Positions 12,901 through 26,344 of a stretch of DNA of 64,000 bases are shown here, piece by piece. The stretch is from Octopus sinensis. Lineage: Eukaryota. The position numbers and the translations under genes were made by a program. Position 1 is the first letter of the stretch. Each line of letters starts with the position of its first letter. The notes beneath the pieces were generated by a model. That model ran no database searches, was not told the DNA's origin, and worked only from the letters and a program-made list of their open reading frames with translations. The DNA lies in contig NC_043006.1 of NCBI RefSeq assembly GCF_006345805.1, positions 32,612,001 through 32,676,000 of the forward strand, given 5' to 3'.

Positions 12901-14054
12901 CCGTTTAAAATGACACTGAAAAAATGCCTCGATGATTACTGCATATTTTAGAACAGCAGTAAGGCAGACCATTAACAATTCCTAAAATTAATGGAAAGCA
13001 TTCAGTATTAGATCTGGTTCACAATAGAAATGAATGAAAGGGCACTTCCTATTTTGGAAATCCTCATAATTAAATGAAATGAAGCGGTCATGACCGATTT
13101 CTACACAGCTACACACCAGTATTTCGATTTTATCCTTTACCACCTACACTTCATTTAAAGAAACATCCCATTTGAATAGTTATTACACTGAAAAATGTAT
13201 ACCACTCTATACGGATTACCCCATAGCTAATGTGTTGGTAAAATTTAACAACTAAAGTGCTTAAACACGATACGAAAACTTTCTTTGAAAAGGTCCGTGT
13301 CATTCTCATTTTTTTATATATATATATAAATCATAATTTTATCTGCAGAAAATCTTTCTTCGAATATTGTGACTGTATCAGAAATATTTTTGCAAAAACT
13401 TATACAACACCCACACTCATATGCGCGCGCGCGTGTGTTCTGCGTGTATATATACATGTGTGTTTGTGCGTGAATATATGACTAGATACCGCTAAGCATA
13501 TACACAAATATACATGCATATATGTCTGGTTGCTGCATATGGTTAACCAAATTCGTTTAACACTGACTGTTTTATAGATATCAGCCTCCCATACCATCCA
13601 TCATAATTACTTAAGCGAGTTAATTTTCACCAAAATCTCTCCAATAAGTACTTATACAAAGGCTGAATCTATTTAGTTTACGACAGCAAATTTATACAGC
13701 GAGATAATAAATGAATTGCTCAGCAAGAGATACACGTGAGAATAGGTTTTACGTGTGATCTTACCTTATAGCAATGTTTCTACTGCATAATATCACTTTG
13801 GTTTTTCAGCACTGTATCTTACAACAGGTGGTGCAAAGAATGATATTCTAGAGTTTAACTTCATATTAACTTGCTAGCTCTATATATTCTTGAGAGCATG
13901 TAACATATATACTTTTTTCCGGGTAGATTGCTTTATTGGTTTAACGCGACAGTTTTCTGTTTTGCGAAAGTGCTCAAGATATTTTTGTGTGCATTAGTGT
14001 GTCGCTTATATCATCTCCCTCAATCTGCCGGACTGCCTGACTGTGTGTGTGTCT

Positions 14055-14110
<56 letters not shown>

Positions 14111-14249
14111 ACTATATATACATACATATATATATAAATGCTCAAAATGAAGAGCAGATAGCCGACAACTGACGAAGGGTCCGTTCTCTGCGTTTACTTG
14201 TCCTGTACGAAATATACATACATAGATACATAGATATATACATACATAA

Positions 14250-14353
<104 letters not shown>

Positions 14354-14477
14354 TCACAATCAAGGAACGGCCATAATAGGCCATTCACCCACTAGAAATA
14401 ACAGCCAAAGCTTCAACCGCAAAATAACATTAATTCCGCAAACCAGGAGAAAATTAAAAAAACATTTACCCTGTAGT

Positions 14478-14580
14478 TTCTTATACGATGCACCGTTTCA
14501 TCTATTGTTTAATGGTAAACTAACCTGATTAAATTAAATCAAGCCAATCTTCCATAGGCCGATAGATTCGTCAGTAAGAA
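14478..14580 (-). ncRNA. Type I hammerhead ribozyme, inverted copy
   Basis: reverse complement of 14929-15031; predicted cleavage between 14484 and 14483. Confidence 0.8.
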
Positions 14581-14928
14581 GCAGCCAGATCGGAACAGAT
14601 ATTATCACGAGGCACTTCCATCCCTGCCTCGGCAATATCTGACCTAAAATTTTCAAATCATCGTTGAACTTATAAATGGTCTATGACTATTTAATTTTTT
14701 CCCACTAGGCCGCTGGTGGCAAAAAAAAAAAAATTCTACAAAATTTTTTAGCACCCTATATTGATTAATTATGAATTTTCTGGTTAATTCCGTAATGGAA
14801 TCGGCGGCTTATATTTATTTGCTGCCGATAAATTTGGCGCGAGTGCGATGATTTGAAAATTTTAGGTCAGATATTGCCGAGGCAGGGATGGAAGTGCCTC
14901 GTGATAATATCTGTTCCGATCTGGCTGC

Positions 14929-15031
14929 TTCTTACTGACGAATCTATCGGCCTATGGAAGATTGGCTTGATTTAATTTAATCAGGTTAGTTTACCATTAA
15001 ACAATAGATGAAACGGTGCATCGTATAAGAA
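14929..15031 (+). ncRNA. Type I hammerhead ribozyme with expanded stem II
   Basis: stem I TTCTTA/TAAGAA; core CTGACGA (14935-14941); stem II ATCTAT/ATAGAT closing 56 nt; GAAA (15010-15013); stem III ACGGTGCATCGT; GUA triplet, cleavage after 15025. Confidence 0.85.
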
Positions 15032-15423
15032 ACTACAGGGTAAATGTTTTTTTAATTTTCTCCTGGTTTGCGGAATTAATGTTATTTTGCGGTTGAAGCT
15101 TTGGCTGTTATTTCTAGTGGGTGAATGGCCTATTATGGCCGTTCCTTGATTGTGATGTTGAACTTAAAAATGGTCTATGACTATTTAATTTTTTCCCACT
15201 AGGCCGCTGGTGGCAAAAAAAAAAAAAATTGTACAAAATTTTTTAGCACCCTATATTGATTAATTATGAATTTTCTGGTTAATTCCGTAATGGAATCGGC
15301 GGCTTATATTTATTTGCTGCCGATAAATTTGGCGCGAGTGCGATGATTTGAAAATTTTAGGTCAGATATTGCCGAGGCAGGGATGGAAGTGCCTCGTGAT
15401 AATATCTGTTCCGATCTGGCTGC

Positions 15424-15526
15424 TTCTTACTGACGAATCTATCGGCCTATGGAAGATTGGCTTGATTTAATTTAATCAGGTTAGTTTACCATTAAACAAT
15501 AGATGAAACGGTGCATCGTATAAGAA
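15424..15526 (+). ncRNA. Type I hammerhead ribozyme, unit 2 copy
   Basis: same motif offset by 495 nt; cleavage after 15520. Confidence 0.85.
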
Positions 15527-15747
15527 ACTACAGGGTAAATGTTTTTTTAATTTTCTCCTGGTTTGCGGAATTAATGTTATTTTGCGGTTGAAGCTTTGGC
15601 TGTTATTTCTAGTGGGTGAATGGCCTATTATGGCCGTTCCTTGATTGTGATGTTGAACTTATAAATGGTCTATGACTATTTAATTTTTTCCCACTAGGCC
15701 GCTGGTGGCAAAAAAATTCTACAAACTTTTTTGCCACCCTATATTGA

Positions 15748-15829
<82 letters not shown>

Positions 15830-16268
15830 CCAATTAGTAATATAACAAGAGTAAATAATAGCTTTAATGGTTTTTAAAAAACCAACAATTATTTACTGGT
15901 AGATTTTGGCTTGTAAATATAACCATTAACGGTAGGAACTTCTATAAAAGTTCAATAAATATTTTGTATATAAATAAAAAAGGCAGGCAGCAGGTTGCTT
16001 AGCCACATACCGAAAAAATTAGAAATAGCAGTCAAAAACTGTTTATTTCTATTTTCTACAAATAAGACTCCACATACGACATATCCCTGTAATTCACATA
16101 TGCAAAACAGAAGGAAGAAATAACGAAAACAAAGTTTATATATCTAATTAAGAGAAATGACCCCTTTTAAGCAATTCAATAGTGAAAGACAATCTATACC
16201 ATATAGAAATAATTTAAATATAATATAATAAATATTATATTATATTATTATTTTCCTTACTATTATGA

Positions 16269-16371
<103 letters not shown>

Positions 16372-16432
16372 ATGTATATATATATATGTATATGTATATA
16401 CATATATAATATATATATATATATATATATTG

Positions 16433-16468
<36 letters not shown>

Positions 16469-16995
16469 TTTGCGAACGTACATGGGTGTGTGGGTGTATG
16501 CCAGTGTTTGTTTCTTATGTGTGTATGTATAGAAGAAAGTGAAAGGAATTCTGAAGTTAGTTATGGAGAGTCAATTCGCAACAAACAGTAAAATAAAATA
16601 CTCTGTTCATGGTAAAAACATGACTGCATGATGAGTTATCACTGCAGACGCAACTATTGGTCTATGGACGCTGCACGAATACAAAGAAAATGACACAAAT
16701 TTACTATGGTTTGTAACGAAAGGACATGGAAATTTATTTCGGAAAGAATCAATGTTGTTTGGCAGTACAAATTCTTTTTCAGTAGTGCTGTATTCGAAGG
16801 ACAGCTAGAACAATATAAAGCAAAGTTAATTACGGCCTCAGGTCTATGCTGTTTGCTATTTGAGGCAAAATGTGAATATATAAAAGTGAACGCAAGTATG
16901 GGGATTGCAATATAGAATAGGTAATATAGTTCAGAGTTTCGTGTGTTATCACTTTTCAAATTTTGTAAGGAATATATGTCATATAGGTGTGAACC

Positions 16996-17309
16996 GGAAG
17001 CGCAATGGCCCAGTGGTTAGAGCAGCCGACTCGCGGTCATGGGATCGCGGTTTCAATCCCCAGACCGGGCGTTGTGAGTGTTTATTGACCGAAATCACCT
17101 AAAGATCCACAACTTTCTCTCACTCTTTCTCCTTGTCTCTGTATTTCGAAGGGGCCAGCCTTGTCACACTCTATGTCTCGCTGAATCTCCCCGAGAACTA
17201 CGTTATGGGTTCACGTTTCCATGGAGTGCTCAGCCACTTGCACGTTAATTTCACGAGCAGGCTGATCGGATCAACTGGAACCCTCGTCGTCGTAACTGAC
17301 GGAGTGCCA
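16996..17309 (+). mobile_element. tRNA-derived SINE, family B head with tail X
   Basis: GGAAGCGCAATGGCCCAGTGGTTAG A-box; tail ...CCTCGTCGTCGTAACTGACGGAGTGCCA shared with 23038, 26923 and 34740. Confidence 0.85.
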
Positions 17310-17717
17310 TGAGGTGTGAAACAGTGGAAGCTATAGTTTCGCAGTAGCATAGCTTATATTTGATGTCCAGACAGATCTTATGAAGGTGGGTGGCATGGGA
17401 TCTGCAACTCTGTAAATCTTGCTCGTTTTACATTATGACCGAAAAGCGAAGAATATCCCTTAGATCCAAGCCTCAGGAAAACTTCTAGTTAGGGAAATAT
17501 TTACAGTTATTGGATAAATTCTTACAATATTTTGGAAAATGAAAGCCCGCCCCCCGAAAAGAAAAACGTAATTGTTTTTCATTTCTGTACATGTTTCATA
17601 TTGCACATTCTGCAGGTGATGTTTAATTTATTGTCTGAACTGCGAGCATGAAACTTGTGAATGAATCAACAGGTCTGTACCGAATAAAGGGTGTCAGTAT
17701 TCAATAAAGCAATTTAT

Positions 17718-17945
17718 CCAGGCGTGACCGTGTGGCTAAGAAGCTTGCTTCTCAACCTTGTGGTCTTGCGGTACCTTGGGCATGTGTTTTTATTACATCT
17801 CCGGGCTTACTTAAGTCTGGTGAATAGAATTTTTCAAAGTACTAATTTAATTTAGAGGTAATGGAATTGATTTGTTCGACTAAACGCTTCAAGATGATGC
17901 CAAAACATGGCTGCAGTCCAATGACCGAAACAAACAAAACAAAAT
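17718..17945 (+). mobile_element. Decayed family A SINE
   Basis: GTGTGGCTAAGAAGCTTGC head; CATGGCTGCAGTCCAATGACCGAAACAA tail. Confidence 0.7.
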
Positions 17946-18343
17946 AATAAAAAAATATATTGAGAGTTTATGTGATTATTTGCATTTTAGATATAAAAAA
18001 TGGCGAGGAATAATGCTAGTAATGTAACATATATCAATTTGTACCCCTTTCATAAATATTTCTAATATTTGATTTTAAAAAAATAACATAAGTTTCATCA
18101 ATTACAATGGCGTCATTCATTTGTCTTCGAAATTTGTTACTGAAAATGGTTCATCAGGCAAGGCCTCATAAAAGCGAGATATGTCAGTAATTGACAATTA
18201 TTCTGCTAACAAAGATCAAATGTCACCTCATAATTAATAGCTTTTTTCTGAAATTAAAAATTAATTACTTCAAATTATTTCTATTTGTTAGAATTTCTGT
18301 GTGGAATCCATTACCAAACTTAACTCCGTTGCATGATACTTAG

Positions 18344-18458
18344 GTGCCGTCGGCGCGGTTCACTTTGGAGCAGGCATTCAGACCATGTTTCCAGTTTGAA
18401 GATGATGACCTCTCTTCGTCTCACTCATCTACTGGCGTTCTCTCTCTCTGGCAGAGTG
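18344..18458 (+). CDS. Candidate isolated coding exon, product unknown
   Basis: CTTAAC branch-like site and TTAG acceptor, GTAAAG donor, open frame VPSARFTLEQAFRPCFQFEDDDLSSSHSSTGVLSLWQS; no family recognised. Confidence 0.25.
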
Positions 18459-18791
18459 GTAAAGATGAAAACAACGACTGCTTGATTTTTGCTTACTTCC
18501 TTTAACTAAGCAGGAAAATTTAATTCATGAAGATTCCTTCTACAGCAGTCAATATATCCCCAGCTACTCCGAATCTTAAATGACATGCCGTCTAACAGCT
18601 TCAGCTATTTCCGTTGATTGATTGTAAGTATGAGTTATTTAACCCTATACGTCTGTAGGAGATGCGATCTCGAGACCACTATCAAAGTTTGTGAGGCTTT
18701 CAAAGATGCATCTGCTTTAAGTATGATGCACATTTGTTATTTTGAAATGAATAAAAATATTAACGATACTGTATTGTTTTGCTTTAAAGAC

Positions 18792-18822
<31 letters not shown>

Positions 18823-19209
18823 CCATTGTTGATTAGCTCCAGATCTACCGTAATTGAGCAAGCCGCCCCTGGACAAAGGCGCTGTGGTCGTTATCTCTTA
18901 CTTTTACATCAGAAATAGTATCAGTAGAACACCATTCCAAACGATTCCTCTATATCCTGAAGAAAAAATTCAGCAATTATGTATCCTTCATGTTTTCAGG
19001 AAGATTTGGTCGCTATGACCAGCAGTTCGATCCATCATTTAAAGGATCCCTAGTTGGCTCAGGTCTGTTTTTTTGTTTCCAGTGAAGCGTTTCTTTGAAT
19101 TGATCTATGATTATTTGATTCAAACTTTGGCATAACACCACTAAGTATTTTGACTTGCGCGGTAACGATTCTGCCAGCTCACCGCCCAAATTATAATAAT
19201 AGTAATAAT

Positions 19210-19405
19210 GGCTACAAATTTTGCCACAAGGGCAGCACTTTTGGGGGAGGGGTGAGTCAATTACATCGACCCCAGTATTTTATTGACCCGAAAGGATGAA
19301 AGGCAAAGTCCACTTCGGCGGAATTTGATCTCAAAACGTAAAGACACGAAATACCGTGAAGCATTTCGCTCGCCAGTGTGTTAATGATTCTACCAACCCG
19401 CAGCT
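19210..19405 (-). mobile_element. Family D SINE
   Basis: CCCGAAAGGATGAAAGGCAAAGTC central block (reverse complement of the 9371 copy). Confidence 0.75.
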
Positions 19406-19666
19406 TTAAATTAATCTCTGATTAAAGTTACCAAGATTGTCTAATTTTGATTAAAGTTAACTATTATACTGAAATAGGAAATATAGTATTCTCTCCCTCC
19501 CATTCTCTGTCTCTCTGCCTCTCTCTCTCTCTCTTTATATCTCTATCGTCTTCTACTTCTATTTCGCTTTCACTTTGTTTCTCACGTCATATGTCTTTAC
19601 ACAGGCACAGGCACTCACACACACACAGACATACACACACACACACACTCACTCAAACACACTACA

Positions 19667-19718
<52 letters not shown>

Positions 19719-21097
19719 AACACACATTTTGATGTATCAGCTGCCACAACTATTAACAGACACAAGCTCTTTTCCATTTGCTAGGCAATCACTCAAGCTA
19801 CACAGAACATAGCTTAATGTCTGAAGCATGCATCGACTCTCTTCAAATCACTGATGACAATCAATTAGTTCAATTCAGAATATAACAGACTCAGATTTTA
19901 TATTATCAAATCTGACCTGTTCTGATTGTCTTTACATAAGTTTTTAATCCGCGCCGAATTTGACACACACACTACTCACTTCATTTATATTCTATACAGT
20001 ACGTTTAACGACAATGTTTCTGCACCTCACGCCAGCTCTGATAAACTAGATATATCATGAAAGCTTTCCAAATATGACTACCCACCACCATTCCATTATA
20101 TTCTACTTTGTGTCCTTCCCTTTTGTAACATTAACCTTTAGTCAAGCCTGCCCTCCCCCGGAAAATATTATTCTCTTATGGGATCCTTTCATGATGTAGT
20201 GACTCTGGTCTTGTTTAAAACGCACTGCCACAGCCCCTACATATAACGCAGGAGCTTACTGATTCTTAAACACCCTTGTTCGTGGACGGCACACAATCAA
20301 AACCGCCAATGTTGTTACAAATGCAATGCCTCATATCGCCGATGTTTTCGCTCCAAGGGCCATTTCAGACACGTGGCACGACAATACTATAGGTAAAGAA
20401 AACCTCTTGTTTACAGTCAGAAGATTGTTTCAACCTTGACTGCTACTAAATGTTTGCAAAGCTCCATCGAGACCGCCAATGAATTTGGTTTCAAACTTTT
20501 ACTGTTGCTGTATACCGGACATCCTACAATACATCAAGAAAAAGGATCCTTAAATGACAGGCATGATCTCACTCCCAATCTTCAGCCCACAAATGTGCTT
20601 TCTTCTAGATTTGCAATTAGTGTTTGATCCTCGGAGCTGATTTTTCTCCTGCCAACTGCCCCAAAATCCACTCGTTTCTTCCCACCTCGCTACTGAAATT
20701 ATATTTGCCATTTTAAGCCTCATACTAACCACTATGTTCCATTTCTCTTCATCAAAACTCCATATCTATGGAAGTAATTTTGTTGCACATGTTTTCCTAC
20801 AGTAGTCTTCTCATAGCTGTTGAAGACCACGAAGCCTACTTCGTATACCCTTCGAACATTATGATTACAGACCCTAGCTCTACATCAGATCATTATAAAA
20901 ATACGCCTCATTATTCTCACAATTAATAATTTCAGTATTACTAACCACCACCATTCCTAGGACAATGTCTTTTAACTTCAGAGAATACAACTTTTGCTGG
21001 TCTTTGAGAAGTAATGGTAATTACTGCAATAATTTTGTTTCCATTCTCTAACAAAATGGCAAATTTCAATGTGCTGAGAATCTGTATGTATGTTATA

Positions 21098-21169
<72 letters not shown>

Positions 21170-22264
21170 TTATATGAATACGTGTTTATGCGAGTGTGTG
21201 TTTATGTGCGTATGCCACATCGAGTGTAACCACGACTGTTTGAAGTAACTAATTTACATGTCATTGACCTATTTAAGTTATCTCCCTTAGCTCACATTTT
21301 ATAATTATGAGTTATGAATCTTCATTTGAACTTTTTCTTTACTCAAGAATGACTTTGAAGAATTATTTGATTTTAGTTTAGAATTAATTAGATGAAAACA
21401 ATCACAGCATGTCAGAAGATTTGGACAATGGAACATATGGAATCAAGATGCGTTAGAATGTCATATCACAATTAACTAGATCTAATTAACTAGATCTAAT
21501 TATTTCTAGTCAGCATTTTAATGCTGCAAGCATTAAATGTAGTTACCCACCTATTGTAACTAAGATGACACATTATACGAGTCAACGGGGAAGCCTAATG
21601 TGATCACTAGATTTACAAGAAATAGCAACTAAATCTGAGTTCGATCATGTCCTACAGTCTTAGAAAAAATTAAACGGCACATTAGATAGTGTAATCTTAG
21701 ATATCTTAGACATCACAGCAAAGATGTCCTTGATCACGCCTTATTCACTACCGCTGCCGCCGCCGCCACCACCACCACAACCACCACAGCCACCACAATC
21801 AGATATTGATTCATTTTTATGATGAAAAATTCCTACCATGTAGTGAAATACGATATAAAATCATTTGCAAGCATATCGAGATAAACGCCTGTTCAGAAGT
21901 CAGACTAATTAGTTTCATGTTGAGTGTAAGAAGACAAGAACGCCATGATACTTAGCTAAAGAGACAATTATATAATAATGCTAACATTCTGCTTATAATC
22001 AAATGTCACATGCATCAAAATGATATTTCCTTCAAACAAAAATTATTGCTTATGAATGCCATGCTTTAAGCTAATAGACGAGTTGCAGTGAACGTCTCTT
22101 TCAAATTTAAGGCGACATGCATGGACAGTTAAAAGCATCGGCGTGTGTGTTTGTCGATTCACTGTGTCTGTTATTGAGTGGCAGTCTGTGAAAATGTGAG
22201 TGTGCATGAATGTGTAAGCACTCGCTGGTATTCATTTAAATACATTCTTGATGACAAGATATTG

Positions 22265-22440
22265 ATTTCTAATTTTGGCACGAGTCCAGCAATTTCAGAG
22301 GGGTAAGTCGATTGGTACTTCTTTTATCGACTACAAAAGAATAAAAGGGGATGTTGGCCCCTCGGAGAAATTTGAACCCAGAACATGATGACTAAGAATT
22401 TTACCGAGACTGCTAACGTTTCTGCCAACTTACCGACTTG
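22265..22440 (-). mobile_element. Decayed family D SINE
   Basis: GCTAACGTTTCTGCCA head remnant and AATTTGAACCCAGAAC. Confidence 0.6.
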
Positions 22441-22728
22441 GCGTTATGAAAATATATTAGATAGAATGTTTATTAAAGTGCAAGCGATGTCAGTATAAAG
22501 TTGATTTAATATCTACGACTTGAAATTGTCAGTTTCTCCTAAGATATTTAAACAGCAGGAGTGTGCACACATTAACATAGCATTGTTGTTGACAAGATCA
22601 TTGTAATTTCCTTATGCCTTTAATCATTGTCACATAAATCATTATAATCCTTGTCACATTAATTTAATTACATAAATCTACGATGTATGCGATGTGGATC
22701 TCTATGTTGTAATCTCTCTCTCTCGCTC

Positions 22729-22795
<67 letters not shown>

Positions 22796-23037
22796 GTCTG
22801 TCTGTCTATTTCTGTGTGTGTGTGTGTGTGTGCCTGGGTAAATATCCATAGGAAGAACCATTACCGGAATAGGAACTCGCTTTGCATAGTTTCAAGTTCA
22901 GTCCTGCTACGTGTCACCTTACGTAAATGTATTCTACTATGGACCCAGGCTGACCAATGATCTGTCAGCAGATTTAGTAAACGGAAACTGTGTGGAATCC
23001 CGACGTATATATATATATATATATATAAGTAGATAAA

Positions 23038-23355
23038 GGCGCATGGGTTAATAGCTACGGCACTTGGTTCACGATCGTAAGGTCACGTGTTCAATTCCGG
23101 GCGACGCGTTGTGTCCTTGAGCAAGACACTTTATTTCACGTTGCTCCAGTTCACTCAGCTGGCAAAAATGAGTAATACCTATATTTCAAAGGGACAGCCT
23201 TATCACACTCTGTGTCACGCTGAATCTCCCCGAGAACTACGTTATGGGTACATGTGTTTGTGGAGTGCTCAGCCACTTGTACGTTAATTTCACGAGCAGG
23301 CTGTTCCGTTCATCGTATCAGATGGGACTCTCGTCGTCGTAACCGACGGAGTGCA
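23038..23355 (+). mobile_element. tRNA-derived SINE, family C with tail X
   Basis: GTGTCCTTGAGCAAGACACTTTATTTCACGTTGCTCCAGTTCACTCAGCTG central block; tail shared with 16996. Confidence 0.85.
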
Positions 23356-23356
23356 A

Positions 23357-23402
<46 letters not shown>

Positions 23403-23551
23403 TACACACCTAGTGATGGTGGATTTATGCCACGATGGAATTTACGAATACATCAATAAAATTTTATCGAAACAGCCACAGTAAATTTAAAGCACCATTT
23501 GTTTTGTTCTTCACACACACACACAGACACACAGACACACACACAGATACA

Positions 23552-23599
<48 letters not shown>

Positions 23600-24018
23600 G
23601 AGAAACACAAACATATATATATATCACATGATGTGATATAACATATATATTTATATACATAGATATATATACTTACGCATGACTATGTGTATTTATGAAT
23701 GTGTGTATTTATTAGTGTATATCTAACTCTATATGTATGTATGTTTATATGTATGTACGTGCGAATTTATATGTTAGTATGTACAGCGTCATGTACGAAT
23801 TCTAACAAATTTGATTATTAAACCCCTACGTCTACATATCTCCAGATTTACTAACAAACATGTACGATAGTCTTAAGCGAATCCATATATATTTTTTCAA
23901 GAACACACAAACACGCACAAACACACTCACAGACACACATTAATCTGTAAAATACACACTGCATGTCTGTCTGTCACTCTTTGTATAATATATATATATA
24001 TATATGTATGTATGTATG

Positions 24019-24132
<114 letters not shown>

Positions 24133-24199
24133 GAGAGAGAGTTTTTGAAGTGATGTAAATTTGTACAAGGTAGCAAGGCAGTGAGAATGTTGATGATTA

Positions 24200-25172
24200 T
24201 ATATATTCTTATTTATATTTTTTTAGCGCTTTCTTCCGTTATCGGATTTATCAAAATAGTGGTTTACAGTCAAGTTGCTTCGCCTTTTTCTGTAAAATTG
24301 AAACTCATGACGTTTTAGAAATGGGGAGAGGGAGAGAGGGAATGGGGAGAACAAATTAGAAAGAAAGGTACAGGGGTGAGCGAGGAGGAGAGAGTGGGAG
24401 ATAGTGAAGATAGGGAAGAGAAAAGAAAGTAGAAGCAATGTGCTGTAGAGGTTTGTGAAGTAAGGGACAAGAAAGAGGCAAAAGTTTGAAAGGGAGGGAG
24501 ATGAAAAGGAGGCGTGGCTTTTGTATCAGTGTAGTCAGACTTGTTTGATTGTGTTTTCTTTCCACTTAATAACCTTTTGGGTGGGGTGAAAAGGAATTTT
24601 TGTATTCAAGTGTTTAAAGGTTTTAATTGGAAATCAGATGTTGCTTTTGATTTTCTCCCGTAAGAATTATAATTACATCCCAAGGTTGGTTGTATGGAAG
24701 TGGTCAAATTTTTTTATTAAAATTCCTGATGTTGTTTTTGATTGATTTAGCTGTGTATGGCTGTTTTTGAAAGAAATATTTTTAAGGAAGTATAGTTATA
24801 TTGATGTAGTTTTTTTCAACCGTTTAATTTCTGTTGAGGACTATTTTATAAAATATAGTTCCATTGCCTTTCGGAAGTTTGGGTCTTTCATTGAGCACTT
24901 ATTGAAAGAGAAGATCTTGAATTTTCATTCCACATATTTCCAAATATTTGCTCAGTGGATTTTTCCGTTAGTTCCTCTTGGATTCGTTGCCTGTGGATTC
25001 TTGCGCGTTGGCAAAGGAAACTATTGGTTTCACCAATATAGTTCCCCTTGCATGTGAGGCAACGAATCCGGTACCCGTCATCATTCCTTTTATTGTTTCC
25101 TTTCTGTGTCGCCTCTACCTGATGCTTCAAACTTATTAGTGTTTTATTATTTTTCACATCTGAGAGCAGCAT
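24200..25172 (-). mobile_element. Penelope-like element 3' fragment (GIY-YIG endonuclease plus downstream pseudo-LTR-like region)
   Basis: YRIRCLTCKGNYIGETNSFLCQRARIHRQRI matches the PLE GIY-YIG signature YxIxCxxCxxxYIGETxxxLxxRxxEH; decayed C-terminus ...ELYFIK...KLNG* ends near 24815; (TA)n at 23985-24112. Confidence 0.8.
24222..24256 (-). ncRNA. Degenerate minimal type I HHR (U3-A8 core)
   Basis: TT-TTGATAA-ATCC(GATAAC)GGAA-GAAA-GCGC-TA-AA; palindromic stem III AGCGCT; stem I only 2 bp and one stem II mismatch. Confidence 0.45.
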
Positions 25173-25199
25173 ATCAATTGATTATAGCAAGTACACATA

Positions 25200-25400
25200 C
25201 CGCGAACTCCTGAAGCAAAAGAGTTGTGAGATTTTTCTCTGTCTCTACGTTCTGAGTTGAAATGCCACCGAGGTCGACTTTGCCTTTCATTCTTTCGGGG
25301 TCGATAAATTCATTACCAGTTGTATACTGAGGTCGATATAATCGACTGCCCCACCCCCGCGCCCCAAATTTCGGGCCTTATGCCTAGAGTAGAAAAGAAA
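25200..25400 (+). mobile_element. Family D SINE, decayed head
   Basis: GAGGTCGACTTTGCCTTTCATTCTTTCGGGGTCGATAAA block. Confidence 0.75.
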
Positions 25401-25717
25401 AGGGTTACTTGAGTTTCAAAGAGAAGCCACTGTGGGTCAAACTGAAGGTGGACTTAGCCAGCGGAGGATTCTTCGGATTTATCTTGTCACAGTTATTGGT
25501 GTGATTGTAAAATTCACCAGCAAAAGAGAAGACTCAACATCTCTCGTTCACACCCATCCGAACCTTCTGACAGCTATCAAGCTGAAAATAATCCATGTTG
25601 TAAGGCTGCATAGCTATTCCATAATGAGTCGAGGTACCTCTGTGAAGTACCTCCATCAACTTGGTTATAATGACAGAACAGTTTCAAGGAAACCGCTTAT
25701 TACGACCAGATAATATC

Positions 25718-25931
25718 CTCTTCTACTCTAGGCACAAGGCCCGAAATTTTTGGGGAGGGGGCCAGTCAATTAGATCGACCCCATTACGCAACTGGTACTT
25801 AATTTATCAACCCCGAAAGGATGAAAGGCAATGTCGACTTCGGCGGAATTTGAACTCCGAACATAAAGTCAGACGAAATACTGCTAAGAATTTCGCCCGG
25901 CGTGCTAACGTTTCTGCCAGCTCGCTGCCTT
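25718..25931 (-). mobile_element. Family D SINE
   Basis: full head GGCAGCGAGCTGGCAGAAACGTTAGCACGCCGGGCG on the minus strand. Confidence 0.85.
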
Positions 25932-26344
25932 CGACCAGCAAACATCAAAAGAAGGTGAAATAAATCTTTCAAAAATTCTGCTCTCTATTTACATTGTAGA
26001 TGTGGGTGTGTGTGTGTGTGTGTGTGTGTATGTATATATATGTATGTGTATTTGTTTATACATACATATATACATGTGTGTGCGCGCGTGCATATGTATC
26101 GATCATCAGTGTGTCCCATATGGCTATCTCCCACGTGCATTAACTTGCTGAGAGTAAGTGGCGCCACGAACATAAGCACCATGACAAGTAAATTGACATT
26201 TTCTAAGAAAGTCCTCTTGTATTTGTTAATTTCGATGTAATTAATTTGAACTGAATGAAATATTCTCCCTCGCTGTCTTCCAATCTGATGCGAGCACTTA
26301 AACGTAGAAGCCTCTGCATGTTTGCTTGATCAGCTAGCAGTAAT

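Noticed and set aside
14160-14215. CTGACGAAGGG…CGAAA just upstream of the array, resembling an HHR
   Set aside because: No stem II adjacent to GAAA, no stem I or III; at most a remnant
14664-15755. Array considered as CRISPR or rDNA/satellite
   Set aside because: No repeat-spacer structure and no rRNA similarity; the per-unit HHR and terminal inversion fit a retrozyme/PLE better
17584-17618. Minus-strand CTGCAGA-ATG/TAT-GAAA-CATG-TA motif
   Set aside because: No stem I pairing and a non-canonical core; likely chance
20248-20392. Possible exon ending in G|GTAAAG
   Set aside because: Weak acceptor, no recognisable protein, and stops in alternative frames
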